NCBI RefSeq assembly: GCF_001598795.1
Contig: NZ_BCZP01000008.1
Span: 1-32,000 of the forward strand
Direction: 5' to 3'
Length of the DNA stretch: 32,000 nucleotides
DNA from: Delftia acidovorans NBRC 14950
Lineage (GTDB): Bacteria > Pseudomonadota > Gammaproteobacteria > Burkholderiales > Burkholderiaceae_C
The notes below the pieces were generated by a model that was not told where the DNA came from, did no database searches, and saw only the letters and a program-made list of their open reading frames with translations. Both the position numbers and the translations under genes were made by a program. Below are positions 19,777 to 29,934 of the stretch, in pieces (position 1 is the first letter of the stretch; each line of letters opens with the position of its first letter).

Positions 19777-22061
19777 CACAGCTTCCACCAGGGCTTGCTG
19801 TCCGAGCGCAGCTTGAGGCAGCGCTTGAGGCCGTCCTTTGCCATCCTGTGCTCGGCCTCGCCGTCGTCGGGCGTGAGCTTGGCGATGGCCTCGCGGTGCA
19901 GGGCCACGGCCTGGTCGATGGGGCCGCAGCTTTCCATGGCGCAGGCCAGGCGGCGCAGGGTGTAGCACTCGCCCAGGGCGCGCACTTCGGGCAGCAGGGC
20001 GTCCAGGCGCGGGCGCACCAGTTCGCCATGGTTTTCGGAGAAGAAGTCGAGCAGGGACATCAGTGAGGCCAGGTAGTCGCGCCGCTGTTCGCGCTGGTCG
20101 TCCTCGTCCAGTTCCTCGAACCACTGGTCCAGGCGCTCCAGCCAGATGCCGATTTCGCCTGCGCGGCCCAGCTGGTAGAGCGCCAGCGCCGCGCTGGGGA
20201 AGTAGTCCGTGGGGCAGTGGCGGCTGTAGCCGTAGTCCTGGGTGAAGTGCCACAGCTGCTCGGCCGCCGTGACGATGCCGGGGCGGTCGTCACGGCGGAT
20301 GGCGCACCACAGCAGGCCGTCATGGTGTTCGGCAAAGGGGCTGCTGGACAGGCCCTTGTGGTGCAGGGCCGCCGCCTCGTCATAGCGCTGCTGCGAGCGG
20401 TATTTGATGGCCAGGTTGTTGCAGAGCATGGAGTAGACGTGCAGGTGCGCGTCCTTGTACCGGCCCTGGCCGGTGGCCCAGAAGGCTTCGAAGCGGGCCA
20501 GGCCCTCTTCGTAGTAACGCTGCACCAGCGGCTCGCGCACCTCGTCGCCCGGCACCTGCCGGCCTTCGCCCATGAGGGAGGCCAGGTCGTCCTCGTCGTC
20601 CAGGGTCACGCCCGCTGCATAGCACCAGTGGGCGCCATGGCCCTGCGCAAAGGGGCGCTGCAGCGCCTGCGCGGCGGGCAGCACGGCGAAGCGCGCGGCC
20701 CAGAGCATGGGCAGCAGCTCGGAGTTGGCGTGCCGGGGCTGGTCGGTCACGCCGCGCTCCAGCAGAGGCAGGGCCTGCTCCCATTGGCGGTCCTTGGCCA
20801 GGCGCCAGCCGTCGATCAGGTCCAGCAGAGGGTGGCCGGGCGCCTGGGTGCGCGCCAGGGCCAGGTAGTCGTCGGCGCTGCGCGGAGCAGCCGGGCTGTC
20901 TTCCAGGATCTCCTGCATGTCGGAATCCAGTCCCGCCCAGGCCAGGATCAGCGCCCAGGCCGGTGCATGGGCGGTGTCGCTGTCCACTCTGCGCAAGGCC
21001 AGTTCATAGCCCTGACGGGCCGATCCGGGGCGGCTGTGCAGCACGCTTTCCAGCGCCAGGTCCGCCGCATCGGCCAGGCGGCCCGCCTCTTCCAGCCACT
21101 GCAGCACCAGGCCGCTGAAGGCATCGTCGGAGTCATCCACCAGGCCGAAGCGGCCCAGCGCAGCCAGCTGCAGCGCGGCCTCGGGCTGGCCCATGGCATG
21201 GCAGGCCATGGCCTGCAGCCGGGCCGCATGGACCTTGCGGTGCGTGCGTACCGCCTGCGATGCGGCGGGGCTTTCGGTGCGGGCCAGGTGCTGCTCCGCC
21301 GCCATGAGCACGGCCGGAACGCTTTGCGGGGCCAGCGGCAGGACCTCGCGCGCAAGGTGCAGCCAGTCGTCGAAGTCCACGTTCTGCTCTGCATCGGCCT
21401 GGGTCAGCAGCGCCGTGGCGGCCTGCACCTGGCGCACGGTGGCGGGCACATCGCCGCGCAGACGGGCCAGCTCGGCCTTGCGCAGGCAGGCACGCGCATC
21501 GCGGCGCGCGGGGGAGGCCTCGCCATCCGGGTCGCTGCGTTCGTGGCTGCGCTGCAGGTCCACGCCTTGCTCGGCCAGCTCCCAGGCCTGGGCTTCGCGG
21601 GCCAGGTAGTGCCAGCCGTTCCAGTAGCGGTAGGGCTCGCTGGTGTGCGGCAGCCGGCCCATGAGATCGGCAGCGGGCGCGAGCAGGGCCACGCCGCCTT
21701 CACGGTCAAAGCGCAGCCGGCTCTGGATGTCGCTGAGCGCCAGGCTGGCCGTGGCCAGCAGGTGGTTGTCGCCCTGCAAGGGTTGCAGCGTGGCAGCGCG
21801 GTGTTCGCGCAGCAGTGCGTTGGCGGTTTCGGGCCGTTCCAGGTCCAGCCAGAGATCGTGCAGACGCTCCAGCTCGCCCACCGTGGCCGGGGCGAAACGC
21901 TGCTGCGAGAGCAGCTCCATGACGGCCGCCTGGCGTTCGGCCGGGGCGATGGGGCTGGCATCAGCCTCCTGCTGCAGCAGGTCGTGCGCTTGGTCCATGA
22001 AGGCATGCAGGGCTTCGCCCTCAAGGACGGCCTGGGCGGTGGCGGGCTGGGAGGTGTTCAT
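19773..22061 (-). CDS. Large (762 aa) all-helical, TPR-like repeat protein of unknown function
   Basis: Balanced amino-acid composition and very high GC3, versus the G/V/Q/H-rich mirror ORF on the + strand. TPR-like stretches are present (YSMLCNNLAIKYRSQQRYDEAAALHHKGL). I see no Walker A or other catalytic motif. I place the start at ATG 22061; the 32-codon upstream extension has visibly lower GC3. Confidence 0.7.
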   Translation of the reverse strand: MNTSQPATAQAVLEGEALHAFMDQAHDLLQQEADASPIAPAERQAAVMELLSQQRFAPATVGELERLHDLWLDLERPETANALLREHRAATLQPLQGDNHLLATASLALSDIQSRLRFDREGGVALLAPAADLMGRLPHTSEPYRYWNGWHYLAREAQAWELAEQGVDLQRSHERSDPDGEASPARRDARACLRKAELARLRGDVPATVRQVQAATALLTQADAEQNVDFDDWLHLAREVLPLAPQSVPAVLMAAEQHLARTESPAASQAVRTHRKVHAARLQAMACHAMGQPEAALQLAALGRFGLVDDSDDAFSGLVLQWLEEAGRLADAADLALESVLHSRPGSARQGYELALRRVDSDTAHAPAWALILAWAGLDSDMQEILEDSPAAPRSADDYLALARTQAPGHPLLDLIDGWRLAKDRQWEQALPLLERGVTDQPRHANSELLPMLWAARFAVLPAAQALQRPFAQGHGAHWCYAAGVTLDDEDDLASLMGEGRQVPGDEVREPLVQRYYEEGLARFEAFWATGQGRYKDAHLHVYSMLCNNLAIKYRSQQRYDEAAALHHKGLSSSPFAEHHDGLLWCAIRRDDRPGIVTAAEQLWHFTQDYGYSRHCPTDYFPSAALALYQLGRAGEIGIWLERLDQWFEELDEDDQREQRRDYLASLMSLLDFFSENHGELVRPRLDALLPEVRALGECYTLRRLACAMESCGPIDQAVALHREAIAKLTPDDGEAEHRMAKDGLKRCLKLRSDSKPWWKLW

Positions 22062-22196
22062 GGAATCGATAGCAAGCAAGCGAAGCTGGAAAAGCCATGC
22101 AGGCCGACGGACCTCAGGGCGGCGACCCCGCGATGCTAGCGGGCCGGCCGGCACCATGCCAGAGTGGTCGGGCTGTTTTCACGTCCTGTTACACGC

Positions 22197-22222
22197 AAAA
22201 AAGCCCGGCATTGCCGGGCTTT
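22197..22222 (-). terminator. Rho-independent terminator after miaB
   Basis: In the minus orientation: GCCCGGC-aat-GCCGGGC followed by TTTTTT. Confidence 0.7.
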
Positions 22223-22264
22223 GGTTACGCAGGAGGTCGCTGGGCCGCCGGGGCCGGGTTGGGC

Positions 22265-23593
22265 TCAGTGGCGCACCACGACTTCGCCGCGCAGCGTGAA
22301 GGTGCGGGCCTCGGTGATCTTCACATCGATCATCTGGCCGATCAGGCGTTCGTTGCCCGGGAAGTTGACCACGCGGTTGCACTCGGTGCGGCCCATGAGT
22401 TCGCTGCCGTCGCGCTTGGACAGGCCTTCCACCAGCAGGCGCTGCACCGTGCCCACGCGCTCGTCGCTGATGTCCTTGATGTTGTTGTTGATCACGGCCT
22501 GCAGCTCCTGCAGGCGGCGCAGCTTGACCTCGTGCGGCGTGTCGTCGTGCAGGTTGGCGGCCGGCGTGCCGGGGCGGGGGCTGAAGATGAAGCTGAAGCT
22601 GTTGTCGAAGCGCACGTCGTGGATGAGCTTCATCATCTTCTGGAAGTCTTCCTCGGTCTCGCCGGGGAAGCCCACGATGAAGTCGCTGCTCATGGCCATC
22701 TCGGGCCGGATGGCGCGCAGCTTGCGGATGGTGCTCTTGTATTCCATGGCCGTGTAGCCACGCTTCATGGCCATGAGGATCTTGTCGCTGCCGTGCTGCA
22801 CGGGCAGGTGCAGGTGGCTGACCAGCTTGGGCAGCCGAGCGTAGGCCTCGATCAGGCGCGGCGTGAACTCGTTGGGGTGGCTGGTGGTGTAGCGGATGCG
22901 CTCGATGCCGGGGATCTCGGACACGTATTCCAGCAGCAGGGCAAAGTCGGCGATCTCGGCCGTGTCTCCCATCTTGCCCAGGTAGGCGTTCACGTTCTGG
23001 CCCAGCAGCGTGACTTCCTTCACGCCCTGATCGGCCAGGCCGGCGACCTCGATCAGCACGTCCTCGAACGGGCGGCTGACTTCCTCGCCGCGCGTATAGG
23101 GCACGACGCAGTAGCTGCAGTACTTGGAGCAGCCTTCCATGATGGAGACGAAGGCCGAGGAGCCTTCCACGCGCGCGGGCGGCAGGTGGTCGAATTTCTC
23201 GATCTCGGGAAAGCTGATATCGACCTGGGGCTTGTGCTTGGCGGCGCGTGCATTGAGCAGCTCGGGCAGGCGGTGCAGGGTCTGCGGGCCGAAGACCACG
23301 TCCACATAGGGTGCGCGCTTGATGATTTCCTCGCCCTCCTGGCTGGCCACGCAGCCACCCACGCCGATGAGCACGCCGCGTTCCTTCAGGTGCTTGTAGC
23401 GGCCCAGGTCGCTGAACACCTTCTCCTGCGCCTTCTCGCGCACCGAGCAGGTGTTGAACAGGATGAGGTCGGCCTGCTCGGGATCGTCGGTGGACTCGTA
23501 GCCCTGGGCTGCGCCCAGCACATCGGCCATCTTGTCCGAGTCGTACTCGTTCATCTGGCAGCCGAAGGTTTTGATAAAGACTTTCTTGGACAT
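22265..23593 (-). CDS. miaB: tRNA-i6A37 methylthiotransferase MiaB (radical SAM)
   Basis: [19 protein letters not shown]; radical SAM motif CSKYCSYC; C-terminal TRAM domain. Confidence 0.95.
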   Translation of the reverse strand: MSKKVFIKTFGCQMNEYDSDKMADVLGAAQGYESTDDPEQADLILFNTCSVREKAQEKVFSDLGRYKHLKERGVLIGVGGCVASQEGEEIIKRAPYVDVVFGPQTLHRLPELLNARAAKHKPQVDISFPEIEKFDHLPPARVEGSSAFVSIMEGCSKYCSYCVVPYTRGEEVSRPFEDVLIEVAGLADQGVKEVTLLGQNVNAYLGKMGDTAEIADFALLLEYVSEIPGIERIRYTTSHPNEFTPRLIEAYARLPKLVSHLHLPVQHGSDKILMAMKRGYTAMEYKSTIRKLRAIRPEMAMSSDFIVGFPGETEEDFQKMMKLIHDVRFDNSFSFIFSPRPGTPAANLHDDTPHEVKLRRLQELQAVINNNIKDISDERVGTVQRLLVEGLSKRDGSELMGRTECNRVVNFPGNERLIGQMIDVKITEARTFTLRGEVVVRH

Positions 23594-23760
23594 GGTGGGG
23601 TTCCGTCAGGCAGCCGCCGCACTGCAAGCGGCGGTCTGCAAAAAATGAAGGTGGCTCGGCCAGGGGGCGGCGTGCCCCATGGCCGGGCCGCTGCGGCCTG
23701 CGAGGCGCGGGCCGCGTCAGCCGTGTACGTGCTGTGCGCTTGCTGTGGTGTGCGCGGTGC

Positions 23761-24159
23761 TCAGTTGAAGATGCGCTGCAGCATCGACTTGGGCTTGTAG
23801 TGCTTGTCGGCCTCGGCCTTGGTCAGGATCCAGGCCTGGTGCAGCCACTGCGTCTGCGGCTCGATCACATAGCCCACCACGAGCTTGCTGCCCCGGTAAT
23901 TGATGGCCTGCACCAGCGTGCGTTCAGGGCTGAACAGGCGAAAGCCCGGACTGGTGCGAATGGTCTTGCCGTCGATCTCCACCTCGGGGAACTGGGTCAC
24001 GACCAGCTCGCCGAACTGGGCCTGCGGCGGGAAATTGCGCGTCTCGTTGGACGGCAGGCCCTGCGCGGCCACGCCCAGGCTGGCGCAGGCCAGGCCGGCG
24101 AGCAGGGCGCCGGCACACAGGCGGCGGGCGGGAGAGAAATGGGGCTTGCAGCGGTTCAT
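23761..24159 (-). CDS. Small secreted protein of unknown function (about 132 aa)
   Basis: Signal peptide LCAGALLAGLACASLGVAAQG and high GC3. The start could be ATG 24159 or 24168. I recognise no family. Confidence 0.55.
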   Translation of the reverse strand: MNRCKPHFSPARRLCAGALLAGLACASLGVAAQGLPSNETRNFPPQAQFGELVVTQFPEVEIDGKTIRTSPGFRLFSPERTLVQAINYRGSKLVVGYVIEPQTQWLHQAWILTKAEADKHYKPKSMLQRIFN

Positions 24160-24232
24160 GGTGTACATCCAGGGGCTGAACCCGCGATTCTACGAACTTG
24201 CCGCCGCGCAGGCGCGGCACTCGGGCATTGGG

Positions 24233-25165
24233 TCAGGTGCGGCCCGGCGCATACAGCACCGCCTTGGGCGGGCGGCACAGGCCCCAGAAGCGCAGGCCGA
24301 TCAGTTCGGCCATCTGCACGCCCATGGCCGTGGGTGCGGAGATGGTGGCCAGGGCGGCGATGCCGACCTTGGCGCATTTGCGCACCAGCTCATGGCTGCC
24401 GCGGCTGGAGAGCACGACAAAGCCGGCCTCGCCCAGGCGGCCTGTGCGGGAGAGGCGGCCGACCAGCTTGTCCAGCGCGTTGTGGCGGCCCACGTCTTCG
24501 AGCACATCCGTCAGTTGCCCGTCCAGCCCTGCCCAGCCTGCGGCATGCACGGCGCCGGCTTCGGCGTTGAGCAACTGCAGCGGCGGCAGTGCCGCGATGG
24601 CTGCGCACACCGTGGTGGCATCGACACGGGCGATCCAGTCATGCGCGGGCAGGGAGTCGAAGGACAGGTCCAGCGCCGCGAAGCTGTCCACGCCGCAGAC
24701 ACCGCAGCCCGTGCGCCCGCTCATGCTGCGGCGCCGGTCCTTGAGGCGGGCGAAGCAGCGCGAGGCCACGTCCAGCTGCACCTCGATGCCGTCCATGCCG
24801 GCCGGCAGGCCTGCGGCCTGTGCAGCCACGGTGCGCACCTCGATGCCGTAGCAGTCGGCAGCGCTGTCCAGAATGCCTTCGGTGAGCGCAAAGCCCAGCG
24901 CAAAGTCTTCCAGGTCCGAGGGCGTGCCCATCATCACGGCATGGGAGATGCCATTGAACACCAGGGCGATGGGGACTTCGCTGGCCAGCACCTGCGGCTC
25001 GGCCTGGATGCTGACGGCGCCGCCTTCACCGAGCCGGTGGCGCGCCACCGCATGCGTGCGCAGCGCGGCAATGGCAGGCGGGGCGGCGCATGCAGCATCT
25101 GCTGCGCCGGGGCCTGCGTCTGGGGCGGGGACGGGTGCGGGGGCGTGTTCGGTGGTGGCGTTCAT
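24233..25165 (-). CDS. fdhD: Formate dehydrogenase accessory sulfurtransferase FdhD
   Basis: GRTGCGVCG loop, GRHNALDKLVG, SSRGSHELVRKCAKVGI. Start at ATG 25165 (MNATTEH). Confidence 0.85.
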   Translation of the reverse strand: MNATTEHAPAPVPAPDAGPGAADAACAAPPAIAALRTHAVARHRLGEGGAVSIQAEPQVLASEVPIALVFNGISHAVMMGTPSDLEDFALGFALTEGILDSAADCYGIEVRTVAAQAAGLPAGMDGIEVQLDVASRCFARLKDRRRSMSGRTGCGVCGVDSFAALDLSFDSLPAHDWIARVDATTVCAAIAALPPLQLLNAEAGAVHAAGWAGLDGQLTDVLEDVGRHNALDKLVGRLSRTGRLGEAGFVVLSSRGSHELVRKCAKVGIAALATISAPTAMGVQMAELIGLRFWGLCRPPKAVLYAPGRT

Positions 25166-25217
25166 GGCGTGGGCCGCGCAGGCGGCTTCCGCATGATATC
25201 GGCGCCGCCGCGCGTGC

Positions 25218-26348
25218 TCAGTCCAGCAATGCCATGCCCTTGATCTGGGCGAAGACATGCATGCCCGGCGCAATGCCCAGCTGCCGGGCGGAATGCAGGG
25301 TGATGCGTGCCAGCAGGCGGGACGGGCCCAGCTGCAGCGAGACCATGACCTGGCCCGGGCCGTCCTCGCGCAGCTCCTGCACGGTGGCCGGGAGGATGTT
25401 GAGGATGCTGCTGTCTTGCGGGTGCTGCAGGCTCAGGCTCACATCGCGTGCCTGCACGCGCAACTGCACGGTTTCGCCGACGGGGCGCGGGGAGGCCATG
25501 ACAAGGCGCAGACGCCCGCCATCGAAGGACAGCGTGCTCAGGTGTGCATCGGGATCGTGCTGCTGGACCTGTGCGCTGACCATGGCCGCTGCCGTGTCGC
25601 CCATGCTCAGGGGCAGGTCCAGCCGTGCCAGCAGCTCGCTGGTGGCGCCGGCGGCGACCAGGCCGCCTGCCTTGAGCAGCACCAGGTGCTGGGCCAGGCG
25701 AGCGACCTCGTCGATGGAGTGGCTGACGTAGAGGACGGGAATGTCGAGTTCGCGGCGCAGCTGGTCCAGGTAGGGCAGGACCTCGGCCTTGCGCTGGGCG
25801 TCCAGCGCGGCCAGGGGCTCGTCCATCAGCAGCACCCGCGGGCTGGTGGCCAGCGCCCGCGCAATGGCCACGCGCTGGCGCTCGCCGCCCGACAGGGTGG
25901 AGGGCATGCGGTCCATCAGGTGGCTTATGCCCAGCAGGGACACGGCCTGGTCCTGGGATACCTTGCGCCGCGCGGCCGGCGTGCGCCGCATGCCGTAGTC
26001 GATGTTGCGCCGCACGGTCAGGTGCGGGAACAGGCTGGCCTCCTGGAACACATAGCCCAGCGCACGGCGGTGCGTGGGCAGCCATTGGCTGGCCGCATCG
26101 TCCTGCCAGACCTCGCCGTTGACGGCGACGCGGCCGCGCGCGCGCTCCAGTCCTGCCAGGGCGCGCAGGCAGGTGGTCTTGCCGCAGCCCGAGGGGCCGA
26201 ACAGGGCGGTGACGCCGCGCCCGGGCAACTGCAGCTGCACATCAAGGCGGAAGTCGGCACGCTCCAGCGCCAGGTTTGCGATGATTTCCGAGGAGGGATG
26301 GGAGTGCGCGGCGTCGGACATCAGGGAGGGAGAGGAGGCGGTCATCAT
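25218..26348 (-). CDS. modC: Molybdate ABC transporter ATP-binding protein with C-terminal Mop/TOBE domain
   Basis: Walker [10 protein letters not shown], signature [15 protein letters not shown], Walker B LLMDEP, TOBE-like tail. The ATG overlaps the modB stop (ATGA). Confidence 0.9.
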   Translation of the reverse strand: MMTASSPSLMSDAAHSHPSSEIIANLALERADFRLDVQLQLPGRGVTALFGPSGCGKTTCLRALAGLERARGRVAVNGEVWQDDAASQWLPTHRRALGYVFQEASLFPHLTVRRNIDYGMRRTPAARRKVSQDQAVSLLGISHLMDRMPSTLSGGERQRVAIARALATSPRVLLMDEPLAALDAQRKAEVLPYLDQLRRELDIPVLYVSHSIDEVARLAQHLVLLKAGGLVAAGATSELLARLDLPLSMGDTAAAMVSAQVQQHDPDAHLSTLSFDGGRLRLVMASPRPVGETVQLRVQARDVSLSLQHPQDSSILNILPATVQELREDGPGQVMVSLQLGPSRLLARITLHSARQLGIAPGMHVFAQIKGMALLD

Positions 26349-27025
26349 GCGCGGCGCTCCTCACGCGGCTGCAACAGGTGCAGGGCCAGAAGAACCAGGA
26401 AGGAGAACACCACCATGCCGCCTGCCAGCCAGTGGGCGTGGGCGTACTCCATGGCCTCCACATGGTCGTAGATCTGTACCGAGACCACGCGCGTCACGCC
26501 GGGAATATTGCCGCCCAGCATCAGCACCACGCCGAACTCGCCCACGGTGTGCGCAAAGGTCAGCACGGCCGCCGTGATGAAGCCCGGCCGCGCCAGCGGC
26601 AGCGCCACGGTGAAGAAGCGGTCCAGCGGCCCCGCGCCCAGGCTGGCCGCAGCCTCCATGGGCCGCGTGCCCAGGGATTCGAAGGCGCGCTGCAGCGGCT
26701 GCACCGTGAACGGCAGGGAATAGACCAGCGAACCGATGACCAGGCCCGGAAAAGTGAAGGGCAGGGTGCTCAGCCCCAGCGCCTGCGTCAGCTGCCCCAC
26801 GGGGCCGTTGGGACCCATGGTCACCAGCAGGTAAAAACCGATCACCGTGGGCGGAAGCACCAGGGGCAGCGCCACCACGGCGCCAATCGGGCCGCGCCAG
26901 CGCGAGCGCGTATGCGCCAGCCACCAGGCCAGCGGCGTGCACAGCGTCAGCAGCAGCACCGTGGTCACGCTGGCAAGTTTCAGCGTCAGCCGTATGGCGG
27001 CGTAGTCGTCGGCGGTAAGAATCAT
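26345..27025 (-). CDS. modB: Molybdate ABC transporter permease
   Basis: The N-terminus [19 protein letters not shown] parallels E. coli ModB (MILTDPEWQAVLLSLKVSS). EAA loop [23 protein letters not shown]. The track start at 27070 is a TTG extension. Confidence 0.9.
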   Translation of the reverse strand: MILTADDYAAIRLTLKLASVTTVLLLTLCTPLAWWLAHTRSRWRGPIGAVVALPLVLPPTVIGFYLLVTMGPNGPVGQLTQALGLSTLPFTFPGLVIGSLVYSLPFTVQPLQRAFESLGTRPMEAAASLGAGPLDRFFTVALPLARPGFITAAVLTFAHTVGEFGVVLMLGGNIPGVTRVVSVQIYDHVEAMEYAHAHWLAGGMVVFSFLVLLALHLLQPREERRA

Positions 27026-27176
27026 GCGGGAAGAATTCAGTGGTTCGCAGCGCTGTTGGATCTCACTCAACGCACGAAACCGGCGCGGCCCGGCTCAGCG
27101 ACGCTCAGCACGGGCCCGTGCCGGCCGACCCCTCCCCAGGAGAGAGGCAAGGCGCGCAAGCGCGCCTCAACAGGTG

Positions 27177-28866
<1,690 letters not shown>

Positions 28867-29047
28867 GCGGATGGAGTGTTGAAGGAGCAGCAGCGCGTTG
28901 CGCATGCGCAGCAGTGGCTGCAGATTCGGACGGGTCTGATGGCGCATTCAGGGCGGTATACGAAGAATTGCGCCGCTGTGAAACCTGCGCGCTCTGGCGG
29001 CGCGGGCTTTTCTGGCGACCGAATCATCGAAACCTCCCTGGCCCTCC

Positions 29048-29323
29048 ATGAGCATCCTGAAATTGCGCAGGCAAGAGAAAGTGGCGGTCTACACCGCCTT
29101 GCTGTGTTCCTTCATCGCGGCGTTCATCTTCTTCGCGTCCGAAGGTGTTGCTGAAAGTTTTCGGCAGCGGCTGGATGCGCTGGCCATCTGCGCCGTCATC
29201 GGTGCGCTGGTGACTTGGTTCAATCACTGGTGGTTCCGGGTCTGGGGCTGGCATCTGGTGCCTGTGACCCTGCTGCTGTTTTATGCCGGCACGCTGGCCG
29301 CAGGCTGGCTGTTTGGCGGATGA
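29048..29323 (+). CDS. Small (91 aa) three-TM membrane protein, W-rich, unknown function
   Basis: Hydrophobic segments VYTALLCSFIAAFIFFA, LAICAVIGALVTWF, VPVTLLLFYAGTLAAGWLF. GC3 is mostly high. No Shine-Dalgarno sequence is visible. Confidence 0.45.
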   Translation: MSILKLRRQEKVAVYTALLCSFIAAFIFFASEGVAESFRQRLDALAICAVIGALVTWFNHWWFRVWGWHLVPVTLLLFYAGTLAAGWLFGG

Positions 29324-29350
29324 AGGCGGTGAAGGCGGTGAAGGCGGTGA
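29322..29350. repeat. 9-bp tandem repeat (GAAGGCGGT x3.2)
   Basis: Read directly from the sequence. It starts inside the stop codon of the 29048..29323 ORF. Confidence 0.9.
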
Positions 29351-29430
29351 TGGGGGAACCTGCCGCCACGCTTTGCATCGAAGATCCTTTTCGACTGCCT
29401 CACCAGGCCATCCACGGCCTTGCCCCTGCC

Positions 29431-29841
29431 ATGAAGACCACCCTGTCCGCCGCCCTGATCTGCCTGTTCCTGTCCACCCCGGCCATGGCCCGTCCGCTGG
29501 ATCCGGCGCCGCTGGACGCCTCGCAGTTCAACCTGGGGCTGGTCGGGTTCGCGGGCGAGATCTCGCCTGCGGAGCGGCACCTGGAGGCCATGCTCAGGCG
29601 GCCCGAGGCCAATGCCGTCCTGCTGTCGGTGATCGACGATCCGCGCCGATCTCCCGTGGCCAAGCTCTATGCGCTGTGCGGGCTCAAGCGCATGGGCAGC
29701 GGCGGCTACGAGGCAGCGCTGGTCAAGCTGCGCGGCTTTGAGGGCCAGGTCTCCGTGATGCTGGGAGACCAGATGTTCCAGGAAGGCATCCGCGAGGCGG
29801 CAGATCGCATCGAAAACCTGGAGTGCAGCGAAGGCGGCTGA
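29431..29841 (+). CDS. Small secreted protein (136 aa), unknown function
   Basis: Signal peptide MKTTLSAALICLFLSTPAMA/RP and very high GC3 from 29431 on. An in-frame upstream ATG at 29320 (ATGA overlap with the previous ORF) would add a 37-aa KAVKAVKAV leader at lower GC3. Confidence 0.6.
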   Translation: MKTTLSAALICLFLSTPAMARPLDPAPLDASQFNLGLVGFAGEISPAERHLEAMLRRPEANAVLLSVIDDPRRSPVAKLYALCGLKRMGSGGYEAALVKLRGFEGQVSVMLGDQMFQEGIREAADRIENLECSEGG

Positions 29842-29865
29842 ACCTGGGCACGCCGGTTGCCGGAC

Positions 29866-29893
29866 AAAAAAGAGCTGCCATCGGCAGCTCTTT
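29866..29893. terminator. Bidirectional rho-independent terminator between convergent genes
   Basis: AAAAA-AGAGCTGCC-atc-GGCAGCTCT-TT is a 9-bp stem with an A-run on one side and a T-run on the other. Confidence 0.75.
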
Positions 29894-29934
29894 GCGTTGT
29901 GGGGCATCGTTCTGAGCCGGAGAATCTGAGCCGC

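Noticed and set aside
23608-23650. Hairpin GCCGCCGC-actgcaa-GCGGCGGT next to an A6 run just upstream of miaB.
   Set aside because: On the minus strand the T-run precedes the stem, and on the plus strand an A-run follows it. It therefore fits no terminator orientation. It may be a 5' UTR structure, but that is unsupported.
28876-29154. 92-aa + ORF after modE, and the TGCGCATGCGCA palindrome plus weak hairpin (28988-29013) in the same spacer.
   Set aside because: The ORF overlaps the better-supported 29048..29323 gene in another frame and looks non-coding. The hairpin (5-bp stem plus GGCTTTTCT) may be the modE terminator but is too weak to annotate.
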